Part shown: positions 39,076 through 52,069 of the stretch, piece by piece
Position numbering within the stretch: position 1 is the stretch's first letter
Layout of the letters: every line of letters begins with the position of its first letter
Made by a program: the position numbers and the translations under genes
Notes under the pieces: model-generated
Databases searched by the model: none
Told to the model about the DNA's origin: nothing
What the model saw: only the letters and a program-made list of their open reading frames with translations
From: Callorhinchus milii
Lineage: Eukaryota
Assembly (NCBI RefSeq): GCF_018977255.1
Contig: NW_024704743.1
Location: 41,478,001-41,542,000 of the forward strand
Direction of reading: 5' to 3'
Length of the DNA: 64,000 nt

Positions 39076-40419
39076 ATGATTGGAAAGGAGTGCAATATTA
39101 TTTGAGTTTGCTGGCTATTATTATTAATCTATTTGGCAAATTGTTCAATTCATTCTTAACTTTGAAGTTCTAAAAATAATTTACATAAACCGAGCTTCAG
39201 TGTTATGGCAGAATTGTGCAAAGTTAAGAATGTAAGAAATTCAGTACACTCTAAAATGCTGCATAACAAGACTAAAACTATTGTAGATCCAGTTGGAATT
39301 ACTACAAAGTGTTTGCCTGGCAGTACATGGGGATGTCTATCATAACATCTATGCACACTGGTGATCCAGGGGAACTGACGGTTGATTTTCATAATGATCT
39401 TAAGAGACTATATGTTGACATAGGTACATGTTATTGAGCTGAAAATTCCATCGGTAAGCAGAATAGCCCATGTTGGGATTTTTAGAATTAACTTGTGTGT
39501 TTTTTTTGATAATGCAAGATAATTTGGAGGACCTTTTTTGACATAAAAATATTTGGTAGGGCCATCAATTCTTAATATACCTTGTAAATATCTTACTGAC
39601 AGGCCAACATAAATGCCTTACTCTGTGAATTCCATTCCATTGGTCTGCCTTAAGAAAAACATAATTTTACTGTTGTTTGATTTGGTACTAATATTTTCAA
39701 AGCTTTTCTTAAAAGGAGCAGACATGTCAGGCTGGAAAGAACTTAAAATGCAGAACAAGTGCCTTTAAGAGTAGTACATTTTTTCATTTTTTTTCACTAT
39801 ATGAATAAATTTACGTCTCTTTGAAGCCAAGCTGCCAGGTGCACATGCCACTATCACCTATCTCTTACTATGTTCAGGCAGTAGTAGCCTTGTTCCAATG
39901 GTGCATCCCACCAGAGCAGTGTACCCTTTGACATATGCAGAACCTGTAGGACTTCAGAAACTCAGCTAGACAAGTGATCAAAACGTTATAAAATTCTCAC
40001 CTACCTTTAATTGGTGTTCCACATCGACAATGGTACAGCTGAAAAAAAGACATTGAGAGTATCAGCGAGGATGAGTGAAATGTACACTGGGAAATTATTG
40101 AAACAGACATTTTTAAAAAAGATGCTATTCAAAACAAAAGGAATACACTTCTCACAATGTCAGAAACAGCACTTACTCTGCTTCTGTTTGTAAAGATGGT
40201 ATCTGTTGCACCGGGTGCATTAAACAAATTCCCGAAGCATCATTTTAGACTACTTCAACAAGTTTGGAAACATTTGACGAGAAAAGGACACATCACTATT
40301 TGTGTCGAGTGCAAACCCCATGATGCATTACACCATACTGTAGAGTGAACTTGAACATACTCCAACATCTATTGATTGATCAAGATCTTGCCACTGGAAA
40401 TACTACTTTTCTTTCTCTA

Positions 40420-40860
40420 GCACAATTGTAGTGCCTGAATGAGCACCAACTTCCTGCAGATGAATATGGACAATGCAGGAGCCATCCTCCTTGGCTCCCA
40501 TAAATGTCTCTTCACCTTCATCTCCAACTTTCCCAGCCTATCTCTCAAACTCACCAAATATTCATACAACTTTGTTTCTGGTTTGGTGCACAGCTCTCCT
40601 TCCTACCCCACATTTGATCCGTCATTGAGACTGCTTTCCTGCATCTCAACAACAACAAGATTCCATTTATAGAGCGCCTTTCACATCGTGAGGACGTCCC
40701 AAGGTGCTGGACAGTTGGGTCAGGACCCGAGCCTTGGGGGGAAAATGGTCAGGGTGAGGGGAGGGAAGGGAGGGAGCGAGGAGGGGGGATCAATGCCCAC
40801 CTCTTACACAATCGCCTGTCAAATGCCGTTGAAATCCTCATTCTTGCCTTGACTTGCTGA
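40420..40860 (+). mobile_element. Old L2 fragment carrying a younger antisense L2 tail (40646-40790)
   Basis: tgaatgagcaccaacttcctgcagatgaat (MxxNFLQxN); insert begins with (CAA)n and resembles the reverse complement of 55073-55249. Confidence 0.75.
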
Positions 40861-42054
40861 TCTCCCCAACATTCGCAAGGTCCAGTTCGTCCAAATAAAA
40901 AAATTATACAATGACATGAAGTCTTTTCATATCTGACTCCAGGAATTTCAGGCCCAACATTTTCACTGTTGGTTTTGTTACAGACTTTGAAATAAAAATT
41001 AGGATAAGTGTTGTAGTCCAACTAAGTTTCAGCTTCAGAGAGTCTTGAATTGAAGACATCATGAACCTGTAGCCAAGGAATTGCTACCGCTACCACTAAG
41101 CAGAATAGATCCAACATCTAAAATCACTGCTGGTTATTTAAAGGACAGTATTTTGGCTTTATCTGCAGGTTTTAGATTAATTTGATCAAGTCTTTGGAAA
41201 TAAACCTGAAATAACTGAATTGGGATGACTGTAAATTCATTGATTAAACATTAATCTCTTCCCAGAGTTAGCTAAGGAGCTGAATCATCTGAAATATGAT
41301 TTTTGCAAGATTGATAACATTTTAAGTGGCCGAAGATATCCATTGAGAATTAGTTCCTATTGAATAGAGCAAGTATTTTGTTCTGAATAAAACAAAGGCA
41401 GCAAAAACTACTATCACAACATGATTACCACATGTTTAGTTTGGGGGGGTGGGGAGGTTGCCACCAAGAAAGACAAGGGGGAGTGTAATATACACATCTG
41501 GGTTCATTTAAGGCTTTACATGATTAACCATAAGCAACCATAATAACAGAATCCAGCTTAAAGTAGTTACAACACAATCGGGATAACTGTTCGATTCTAA
41601 TGTTCAATTTAATTTTCATCATCCTATGCCTGGAACTTATATATAACTCCAGGTATCAAAAAGTGAATATTTTTGTTTATATGACTACATGTGATGTAAG
41701 TAAGACTTGTACAAAATACATATATTCATTCTCATTGAAAAATAAATTGCCAAAAATGATGTTCTGAATCTTAATTGAGATCTTGATATATTCTCAAAGT
41801 ATTTTCTTACTTTAGGTTAGTTATTTATGCGCAGAGTTCTATGAAATATTCTTTAATTATTTAAATTGTAACAAGAAACAGTAAGATTGTGGTTCTTAAG
41901 GGCAATCAGGTTGAAGGCGTTAGCTTAATAATAATAGTAATCATCCTTGTATTTGATACAGCATCTTATCATGTCATCAAGACATCTAAAAGCACTTTGC
42001 AGGATATGCTGTGAAGTGGATTGACTGTGTATTCTCTGGGCGAAAGCTTCAACC

Positions 42055-42400
42055 CCAGTGGTTAATTTCATGAATCCACTGAATAATGTAAAACTGAGTC
42101 ATGTAGATCTGAAATAACCCTGGTTTGATTGGCACTCTGCTGAGCTAGTTGATGCTATCTGGGGTAATGGTAAGTCTCAATACCTCTGAGCTAGAGAAGG
42201 GAAAATCAGATGGGTTTCCTGCTTTTGATTGTTGCACAATCACCACTGCTCAAAAGTGAATGGTTGTACATTGGGTGAGGATGAGATCAGGTTTGATTGT
42301 GGTTTCCACAGAGTGAAATTGCCTAACACAATTCACTCATACATAATGAACAACCAATTGGGTGGGAATCATAGTATTGCAAGAGAAAAAGGTTGCTTTG
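42055..42400 (+). mobile_element. Old SINE, family C
   Basis: ctgagtcat...cctggtttgat...gctgagctagttgat...gctagagaagggaaaatcagatgggtttcctgct; colinear with 48320-48690. Confidence 0.6.
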
Positions 42401-43799
42401 CATCTGCATAGCTAAATGGGTGGAAGTCCAATTCACTGGTTTGGAGTTTCCTCCAATTTGATGTAAAAGTCAGACATACCCAGTGCAAGCTTTTGGGTGT
42501 AATGGACCTAAAAGTAATGAAACTGCTGTACTTCTTCTGTAGCTAATTGTGAAGCTCCAATTCAAATGTCCTCAATGACAATTCTGTTAATGGGCAAAAA
42601 TGTGATTAGTATGAGTTCTACATTACGTTCTACAATAATAGCTACATAAAATGATCCAATGTATTCCAATGTAAAGTTGATGCTATTCAATGTCTTGTTT
42701 GGGGTTTTAAAGACCCTGTTGTATTCAGTAAATTTGGATTTTTTTAAATAGTTTTGTTTACTGTAGAGTGATTTTTTTGTGATTGTAAACATTTGTTTCA
42801 GTTATGCCTCATCGAATGACTAATACGTTAATATATGGAATAGATGGACTCCCAACCTAGCCAACTGTTTAATTCCCATATTTAAGTTTTATATTTTGGA
42901 GTCAGAGCAGAATTTAATTATTAGAGCTAATAAAAACAAAAGCCAGGACATTATTATTTGCTTTCAATTCAAGTACCATATTCTCTCACTGCTCTTCCAA
43001 AACCAAGCAAAATAGATTTAAAACAAGAGGAAATGTTTAACTAATCTGAAAATGTGTGTATATGCACATACAACATTCAGGAAAATGTGTACATGTTGAC
43101 TCAGTGTCCTTAGTGTGAACTTCAGTTTATTGTACTTTCAGAAAGCCTCAACCAATGTACTCTTAACAACTCAGTCAACACCCCACTACCCTATCTTCAA
43201 AAACAACTTGCCTTGTCTTCTGTCCCTTCTTTCATAGTGTCTGTGCCATACACATGTGCAATTTCTAAGTGCTTTCAGCCATTCTTTTATGTGATTGATG
43301 CCAATGGAAATGCACACTGTTGTTATTCAGTGGGTACAAAGTGGGAATCAAGGTCCTTTGCCCCAAGTACACTATAAGCTTGATTGGCAACAATAATGAT
43401 ATTAAGCGTCACATTTAAATTGACGCCTAAGGCAGAATTAGATGGAAACCATTTGTGACTAGTAAATTATTTTTCCAATTGAATTCTGTTCATCTGCACA
43501 AATACACAGAGTCAACTGTAATGTATTACAGTGTAACGTGGTAAAACATGAATATAACTCTACCCTGCATGAGGGGCACTATATAAATTCAAGTTGTTGT
43601 TGAGTGTTAAATGTGATAATTTTCACTCTTCTGAAATCTATGTTCTAAATCAGTGTTGAAATATTGACTGAGACATAATCCTTACATTTGATACAGCGCC
43701 TTTCATGTATTTTGTAAATGAATCACTGATATCAGAGATGGCAGTCGCTCCCTCCACCAAAAATGATACAATGGTTTCTGATCCAGCCAAAGCCTGTTT

Positions 43800-44115
43800 T
43801 CAGTCTTGAGAGAAGATGACTCGTAGGTGTATAAAATTGTAAATGGGATTGAACAAGTAAACTCAGAGCAAAACGTAAGGATGAACCAAGACAGCGGAAC
43901 AAAAGGACATAGGTTTAAGTTGCAAAAGGCAATTTCAGGACAGATACCAGAAAGTTTTTCTTTACTCAGCAGTTAATTATCAATTGGCAATTAACAATTG
44001 CCTCGAAAGGTGTTTGAGGCTGGGACACTGGAATTCATTTAAAAAGCAGCTTGACTCTTTGATGGTGGTGATCAGATGGTTTGAAGGTGCTTCTTCATCC
44101 AAACTATTCTTGTTA
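43800..44115 (+). mobile_element. CR1 3' fragment
   Basis: gagaagatgactc...tataaaattgtaaatggg...aggacataggtttaagttg...tttaaaaagcagcttga. Confidence 0.75.
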
Positions 44116-44640
44116 ATGCTGCCCATGGAGCATGTGAAGTGATATATAACAATAATAATCCTTGAATGTGATATAGCGCTTTCACATTAAGAAGACGTCC
44201 CAAAGTGCTTCACAGGATATGCTGTGTATTTTGTGGGTGAGAAATATATAGATTTATAACTATATCAGTAGTGTTTCATAGGATATCTGCTTGACTGTTA
44301 CTAATTCTGAAAAATATTACAATTATAGGGATATTATAAATACTTTCACAGTTAAACAGGAATGACTGGAAGAATTGCAATCAGTGTAGGAGGGAATGTT
44401 TTGCTTTCCATCACAGCTTATCTGAATGCCAATCAGCTCGCCAACTTGATGGTGTAATGGCAAGATGAGATCAATTAGGATAAAAGGTTTCTTCCAACCC
44501 TGTCCTTGATCTTGGGGCAGACATGGTAATCCAAAATGTTTCTTGAGACTGCAGGTGGCGTTGTGCAATAAGTCTCTTATTATTTTGATATGGATTTCTC
44601 ATCTCTTACGGTTACTGTTTTTAAATCAGTCTTGTAGGCT

Positions 44641-44659
44641 AGAGAGAGAGAGAGAGAGA
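44641..44659 (+). repeat. (AG)n microsatellite
   Basis: agagagagagagagagaga. Confidence 0.9.
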
Positions 44660-45189
44660 CAGCACGCTATACAGTCAGTTCACCACAATTGCAAAGAGAA
44701 TGAGCGGTGTAATTGCCAACTCTCATTCACCAAATAATTCCCATCTCAAGGTTGTCATTGCCAGTCAGCATTTCAGCAGTGAAGCTTTGTAGCACTTTGC
44801 CTTTTGCAGTTGTTAGAAAGTCTGGATTCTCGGATCAGAGTTTGACCAATATTCCATCCAGTAGGATTGAAAGGCCCCAATTGAAGGCAGCAACAACAAA
44901 GGTGGTGCTGATCAAAGCCCTCAATTGGCTTCAGGTCAAACAATTGTCCAGAGGGTGGTAACTGTTCACTTCCAAACCTGTCAATAAATAAAGACAGATT
45001 TGAATCACATTTCATAGGAATACGCATTGTGTTTGTCACCCATTGTTGCTGTGGTATTCAATTCAAATTAGTGATGCTATGAGATTACTGGACATATTAA
45101 TTCTGTGCTATGATATTATTGAACTCCTATCCAGAAATCTGTAGGCAATGTCCTCTCCCTCACCACACTCCATGAACCTATAATTATAA

Positions 45190-45528
45190 AAATAATATTT
45201 CTTGCATTTGATATAGTGCCTTATCGTGTCTTTGGGATGTCTCAAATTGTTTCACAGAATATACAGTAAAGTGAATTGGCTGTTGGGCGAAACACAGCAG
45301 CCAGTTGTGCACAGCAGTGGCCCACAAACAGTCATGGATTGAATGACCAAATTATTATACATTTTTTTTTTGAAGGGTTTATTGCCCCAGGAAAAGCAAT
45401 CCGCCAATTGACTATCAATCAGGTTCCTACTTGTAAGGAACTTGCCTAACATTTCGCCCTGCCCAGGAATCAAACCCAGGCCCTCTCGTTTGAAGGGGAG
45501 TACTCTAACCCAGACACTACAGGTCTCC
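45190..45528 (-). mobile_element. tRNA-Ala SINE, long form (internally deleted)
   Basis: Reverse-complement head, partial central module (caggttcctact), body and tail. Confidence 0.85.
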
Positions 45529-45529
45529 T

Positions 45530-45798
45530 CCCACATCTTCACTCAGCTCCATTGGCTTCCAATTCCCCAGAAGATCGAAGTCAAGATTCATTCTCAGCGA
45601 CCGGCTTCAAACCTACCAGCCTGGCCGTTTCCTTCACTCAGGGAGCACCGGCCTGCTTCATGTTCCCTGCTCTTTCTGCCCCACTGTTAGTAGGTGGATA
45701 TTTAGCCTTTCTGCCACCACTCTCTGGAATTTCATCCTACAGTTTCTCTGACTCACTCCCTCCTTCCCTCTCTCCCCTCTTTCAAGGCACATCTCAAA
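45530..45798 (+). mobile_element. Old L2 3' fragment
   Basis: QLHWLPIPQKIEVKI translation; ctctggaatttc...ctctttcaaggcacatctcaa. Confidence 0.75.
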
Positions 45799-45799
45799 T

Positions 45800-46405
45800 T
45801 GTAGCTCAGTGGTTAGAGCACTTGCCTCAAAGGGCAAAATCTTGGGCAAGTTTCCTTACTCCACACACCTAATAGTGGAGTCCTGTAGCTCAGTGGTTAG
45901 AGCACTCGCTTTGCAAGCAAGAGACCTGAGTTCAATTCCAGGCAGAGGGCGAAACCTTGGGCAAGTTTCCTTACTCCACACGCCTAATAATAATCCCTCC
46001 AAAACCAAAAACAATAATAAATTGGTCATTTTCAATCTACAACTGTTTGTGGGACATTGCTGTGCGCAATTGGCTGCCGCATTCGCCCACAAATATATAC
46101 AGTCAATTCACTTTACAGTGTGTTCTGTGAAGCACTTTGGAACGTCCTCCCGACGTGAAAAGCGCTATATCAAATGCAAGGATTATTATTATTATTAATA
46201 ATAATCCCTCAAGAAAGAAATAACAATAATAATTTAGTCACTCAATCCCTGACTGTTTGTGGGACACTGCTGTGCGCAATTGGCTGCCGTGTTTCACCCA
46301 CAAAATATACAATCAATTCACTTTACAGTATATTCTGTGAAGCCCTTTGAGACATCTAGAAGATGTGAAAAGTGCTATATCAAATGCAAGAATTATTATT
46401 TTTTA
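45800..46405 (+). mobile_element. tRNA-Ala SINE (host) split by nested young copy
   Basis: Head at 45800-45874; body resumes with ataatccctcaag at 46201 and runs to the tail at ~46405. Confidence 0.85.
45875..46196 (+). mobile_element. Young tRNA-Ala SINE, short form, nested, TSD taata
   Basis: Complete element; taata at 45870-45874 and 46196-46200. Confidence 0.93.
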
Positions 46406-47464
46406 TTTACCTCTTTGACCACACTTTCGGTCATCTTTCACTTTCCCACTCTGCCCAGCTCCCACTGTCAGATCGGGTGCTCATCTAGCACTATACAAAT
46501 ATAAACTATTTTGAATTGTTTGTATTAATTCAGTGCTATTTGGAAATATTTTTAATCAACAGAGATTATTGTTTTCAGATTATTCAATATAATTGCTGCC
46601 GAGGAGAGATATATTTTTCAAAGCTGATGGAATACCTAGTTAAAATGTACTTCTGCATGGAATATGCAAAATATCAACCTTCTGCTTACATTATAGTTTC
46701 TCAACCAGCAACAAAGATAAATTAATCTTTTATTATGTGCAGGACAAATAAACAGCCAATCGACCCATATTGTAAAGTATGACCTAATATTAATGAAGAG
46801 ACGTGGGTGATGCTGTACTTCAAAGCCTTTTATGGTGAAGAGCAAAAGTAAGACAATTTTTTGCAACAGAGAAAATGAGTCAAGTTTCAGTAAATTGCCT
46901 TATCTCACGACTTTTTGTTAAAGACTGTCAGACATCAAGTCCTGGATGAGAGCCAACTTTCTACCGCTTTCTAGAGCGAGTAGATGTATTGTTAAGAATA
47001 CAGCTCAGAATTTACCAGCATTTGCTCTCAAACCTTCTCCTGAATTTAGAATTCCTAGGCAAATGTGGAAATGGTAAAAGAAGATACTTTATTCTACTAG
47101 GCACCATTTTTTAGAGCTTCTAGATCAGAGAACTAAGCTACAAAAATATATGGAATCATGTAGGTGGCATTAGCTCATTCTATAATCCTGCTAAAAACAA
47201 ATCATTGGGAAAAGAGCTGTGGATGTAGTTATCACTGTGATTTGGAAACTTTCAGAAGCATAATATAGTAATAATATTCCTTGCATTTCATATAGTGCCT
47301 TACCATGTTCTTCACACGTTTTATTGCAATGTGTATTGTCAGTGTAGTTGACAGCATTTTTTAAAAATTTATAAATGCAAATCGCAAACCAGATCATACT
47401 ATTATCTCAACGATTCCAGTTTATAAATTATACAAACATGATACAGTTGTCAGCAACTGAAGAA

Positions 47465-48305
47465 TCAACAACAACAAAATGACATTTGTGAAGCACCTTT
47501 CACGTCGGAAGGACATCCGAAGGTGCTGAACAGTCGGAGATCAGGACCCGAATGTGGGGAGCAGGGTTGGGCTGAGGGAGGGCAGAGAGGTAGGAGGGCG
47601 GCTGAAGGCGTGGTCGGAAAGAAGGGTCTTGAGTCATGTCTTGAGTGGGGGCAGACAGGCTGAAAGCCTGGCTGCCGATGGTAGGGACGGTCGGGCGGGA
47701 GACATGGAGCAGGCCAGAGCCTGCTGAATGAGGGGAGCAAACAAGTTGAGGTAGAAGGGGGCAAGACCAACAAAGGACTTGATAGTGAGGACAAGGATTT
47801 TGAATTCCATCCTCTGAGGGATGGGGAGCCAGTCGAGGTGGGCGAGGGTGGGGTTGATGGGGTCACAGAGCCTATTGTGGGAGACGACATAAGCTGCAGA
47901 GTTCTGGATGATCTGCAGCTTGTGGAGGGAAGAGTTGTGGTTGCCGACAAGGAGGGAGCTTCCATAGTCTTGGTGAGGTGGAGTGTGCATCCGTGGAGGC
48001 TGATGCTGCCAGTACCTGATGTGCGGCAGTGCTGTCGCGAGCCAATCAGGAGGGCCCTGGTCTTGCTGACATTCAGCTGTAGAAAGTTGGTTCTCATCCA
48101 GGACCTGATGTCTGACAGACAAAGTCAGGATGTTAGTTGTCCTGGAATCGAGGGTGGAGGCAGGGAGACAGAGTTGGGTGTCATCCGCATACATGTGGAA
48201 GTGGATCCTATGCCTGCGAATGATGTCACCCAGGAGGAGCATGTAGAGGTTGAAGAGGAGGGGATCGAGGACAGAGCCCTGAAGAACACCACATGAGATA
48301 AAGGT
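47465..48305 (-). mobile_element. L2 LINE fragment with RT motif, frameshifted and internally deleted
   Basis: [16 protein letters not shown]...[46 protein letters not shown]; (CAA)n tail. Confidence 0.95.
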
Positions 48306-48319
48306 TAAAATAAAGAACT

Positions 48320-48690
48320 TTCTGAGAGCTGAATGATTAAGTGTGGCACTGATCCATACAGGGCAGGAAAGCCCCACATTTGATTTGTGGACTGTGTAGA
48401 ATTAGTCGACCCCAGCCAAGGTGGCACAAGAGCACTGCATTTGGCCTTGGTGTTCCCAGGCTTGGAAGTGGAACATTTATCCAGGGTTCCCGAGATGATC
48501 ATTGCCGCATTGTGGATGATTGATTAGTAGAGTGTTGGGCTAAGCTGTGGTACCCCCCATGGCTGAATAGCCCAGCTCCAATGATGAAGTCCATTCACAC
48601 ATGAAGAATGTCTGAATATTGGAGGTCATTAGTTCCCATAAAACTGCACCACAGCAAGACTGAAAAGCTTAAAGGGAAAAAATGGAAGAA
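48320..48690 (+). mobile_element. Old SINE, family C
   Basis: cactgatccatacagggcaggaaagccc...ccagggttcccg...cacacatgaagaatg; colinear with 290-660 (reverse complement) and 42055-42400. Confidence 0.6.
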
Positions 48691-49559
48691 ATTTAGGTTC
48701 AGTGTGAAGTTGGTTAATCTGAATGGAGCTCACTGACCTAGGCTGGTTTATTCATCAATCATTATAAATGCATTCTGCACAACATGAGTGACCCTGTGAG
48801 TGAATGATTATAATTTCTACTCAGTGATTGATGACTGATCAGAAGTGGCTTGCACCAGTCATAAGAATCTGACAAGTCTGACTCGCCCAACATACCTGGT
48901 ATAACGTAAAATAATTAACAAATGTCCTTTTCAATTTTACATTCATCTTTTTATCCTCAGATCACTTCACTGACAGATCACAAGCTTCCAAGCACAGGAT
49001 AGAAAGCACAGGATGAAGCATTGGATTACCACATGCTGTAGCACAGTTCATCTATTGCCTGTGTACCTTTATAGAACTGCATGTTTATTGTTTGTGAGTA
49101 GTTTTATCTTTCTCACGCTGTCCTCTTTCAAGATACAAAATAGCAGGAATAGTGCTTGCTTCCAAATCAGTTCATATCTAGAGATCACCTCTGTTCTTCA
49201 TAAACCTCTGAAAAGACTATTTGAGTCTAATTTACAATATTTCTGAATTTAATTCCTTAATACGTAATCCCAATTGCACTTCATCCGGTAACCGGAAGCA
49301 TGTCAAGGCAATCCATGGCAACTCTACTGTCTTCCTATTCAATTCTGGAGATGACTACCTGAGGCTTAACATCAATTCTAATTCAATTTTTGCTTCAGAA
49401 ATTCAGGAAAACAGCAATATAGCAGGAAATATAGCAATTTAAGTGACAATTTAAGTGACACTCTTCGCCCTCTAATTGTGACTAAATGATTTAGAACTAT
49501 GCTGAGGGATATTCCTTTAAGAATAAAACACAATTAAGAGAGAGCCCCAAAAAATAGAA

Positions 49560-49730
49560 GCAAGAAGATTACAATGATGCTGGGAAGGGAAGCAGGATTT
49601 CTGATTGGAGTATTGTCCAGCCTGGACATGAATGAGGGTCTCTCCTGCCTGAGGGGAGAGGTAGTGGTTGAGGCGAGCAATGTTGCAGAGCTGAAGGAAG
49701 GCAAAATGGAAAGCCTGTGAACTGACATTC
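49560..49730 (-). mobile_element. Old L2 fragment
   Basis: AFLQLCNIARLNHYLSPQAGETLIH...SRLD translation. Confidence 0.75.
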
Positions 49731-50239
49731 ATATTTCATGGTTCAATGTTATAACTTGTAAGAAAGAATCACTTTCAATATCTTCTCTTGAGGTTTTTCA
49801 TATGTTTACCCTATGGTACTTTCACATTGTTGACAAGTACAGAGCCAGTGAATGCATATTACATGTTGTATGACAGCAATTCTGTATGTTGCCATTTTGC
49901 ATAGTGCAAATACATGATGAACACTGCAGCAGGGAGTTTAGACATGCTCAGTTAGACTCCTCTTTGCATGGCCACCACAGTGATACATAATCTATAGTCT
50001 AATGATAACTATAGTTGTTTGTATTGTTTTACAATATAAAAGAAGATCAAATTGAAGAATAATATACATTTTAGAATGTTTACTCTCAGCAATCCTCAGT
50101 ATTCCTCTTAAGTGGACATATTTCCATAATATTTGCCGACTGGGATTTGATTTGCAAAAATTCACAAAACGATTAAAAAATTATAAATCCTAGATGTGTC
50201 ATTGCTAACTTACTGGAATTGACCCCAACAATCAACTTT

Positions 50240-50930
50240 CTAAGAATAATTATCCTTATATTTGATATCACATTTTTCTAATGATTCAAAGCACTTCACA
50301 GAATTTACTATCAATTTTACTGGCAGTATTGTGTAGGCAAGTCTGGCAGCCATTTTGTGCACAGCATTGAGCCACATATACCCATGAAGCAAATGACCAA
50401 TATTATTTGGGAGATTGTTGACCAGGACACCAGAAGAAACTCCTTTCTCTTTAGCAAGATCTTTAATAATAATAATAATTCTTGCATTTGATATAGCGCT
50501 TTTCACGTCTTCTAGACATCTATAAGTGCTTCACAGAATATACTGTAAAGTGAATTGACTGTATATTTTGTGGGCGAAACGTGGCAGCCAATTGCGCAGA
50601 ACAGTGTCCCACAAACAGTCATGGATTGAAGTGACCAAATTATTATTTATTTTGTTGAGGGATTACTATCAGGAATGTGGAGTAAGGAAACTTGCCTAAG
50701 GTTTCGCCCTGCCAGGAATTGAACCCAGGTCTCTCACTTGCAAGTCGAATGCTCTAACCACTGAGCTACAGGACTCCACAGTATGACGTCCATATAAACC
50801 CGTAGGTGGAACCCGTAGGTGGGATTCTAGTTTAACTTAAGTTTAGCATCTCATCTGAAGGTCAGCACCTCCGACAAAGCAGCTCCCTCCCAACATTGAA
50901 TTGGAGTGTCTGCTTAGAAGACAATTACCT
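50240..50930 (-). mobile_element. Deu-domain SINE split by a young SINE
   Basis: 50240-50463 (tail, caggacaccagaagaaactcc) and 50780-50930 (catctcatctgaaggtcagcacctccgaca...ggagtgtc). Confidence 0.75.
50465..50779 (-). mobile_element. tRNA-Ala SINE, short form
   Basis: Complete reverse-complement copy with (ATT)n tail. Confidence 0.93.
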
Positions 50931-52069
50931 CAATGTCATGGAAATCAACATTGAGTTAGACATTCAAATGGAGTTCTACAGTCTCAGTATCAGTAGATAT
51001 GGAATTTGTTGTGTTCCAATTTCTTCTGCAAATCTTGCAAATTAGGCTCCATTACCAGTGATTTCTATGCGTCTTGGAACATTTCCTCAGTATTTTCCTC
51101 CTGTCTGGGCACACTTTATTATTATATCCATTAATGTCCTTGTTAAGTGCTTACTGTGAAGTCTGTTGCCTCTTCCAAGCTGGTTACTTACATTTTAAAA
51201 ACTGCAGGTAGCAAGTGAAAACTGAGCTCCTATCTGTTAATCAGACAGATTTATCACCCTGATTTCTTTCTTAATGCCTCTCAAGGCCAATGTGAGGAGA
51301 ATTATCTCCATATTTAGCTTTGATTGAAAAATGCCAGGGTTTACAGCAATCAGAAGTGTTACTATCACTAAATAAAAATAATAAAATGATCACACATCTG
51401 GACAAAGTGCTCAGTAGCAATAATCAGCAGCGCATGTACAGCTGGCATTACAGCAGGTGTCCTTGGCATCTATCCCATCTCTATCCAGTGCAGCCCACTG
51501 TGTTCTTACAGGGTCTTATAACATCACCATGCTCAGGCAAGCTTTGTCAGAGTACAGCATGTTTAAGTTACTGTCTCTTTTACAAGGGGCAGAATAGATT
51601 GCGCGTCTGACAAGTAAGCAGTCTGTATTGGTTTTGTGAACAGCCTAATAGATGCTGAGTCCTTTTGAACCCCTGCACCAACATTCAATACCATTACAGC
51701 CGTTTTCATTGCTGAAAGTTCAGTGGCAATGCCAGACACAGGTGGAAAGCGAATAAGTTACTGAGGGCACAGAGAAACAATGAATACAGTTAGTCAGTAT
51801 GGCATGCAAGATGCAATATTGTCAGGACACATTGATACGTGTATTCTCACAATACAGACAACTGAACAGGGTAACCTAAGACCAGAAGAAAAGAAAGAAA
51901 TATAAAAGCCATTCTGCTCACCAAGACCACTCTTCAACAACAACAACAACTCAGATTTATATAGCTCCCCTTCACAGACCAAGCAACGCCTAATCTTTCA
52001 TGATCTTCACCCCTCTTCATATTCTGGGAGAAAGTCCAGGATAGATATTTCCTGATCAAGGAAAAGTTG

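Noticed and set aside
45809-46198. Recurrent similar ORFs (e.g. ...[11 protein letters not shown]..., ...[11 protein letters not shown]) that look like a gene family
   Set aside because: They are translations of SINE copies; frames are not conserved between copies.
49410-49460. Short tandem duplications (also 1388-1415, 29450-29486, 50798-50823)
   Set aside because: Ordinary slippage duplications with no array or spacer structure; not CRISPR-like.
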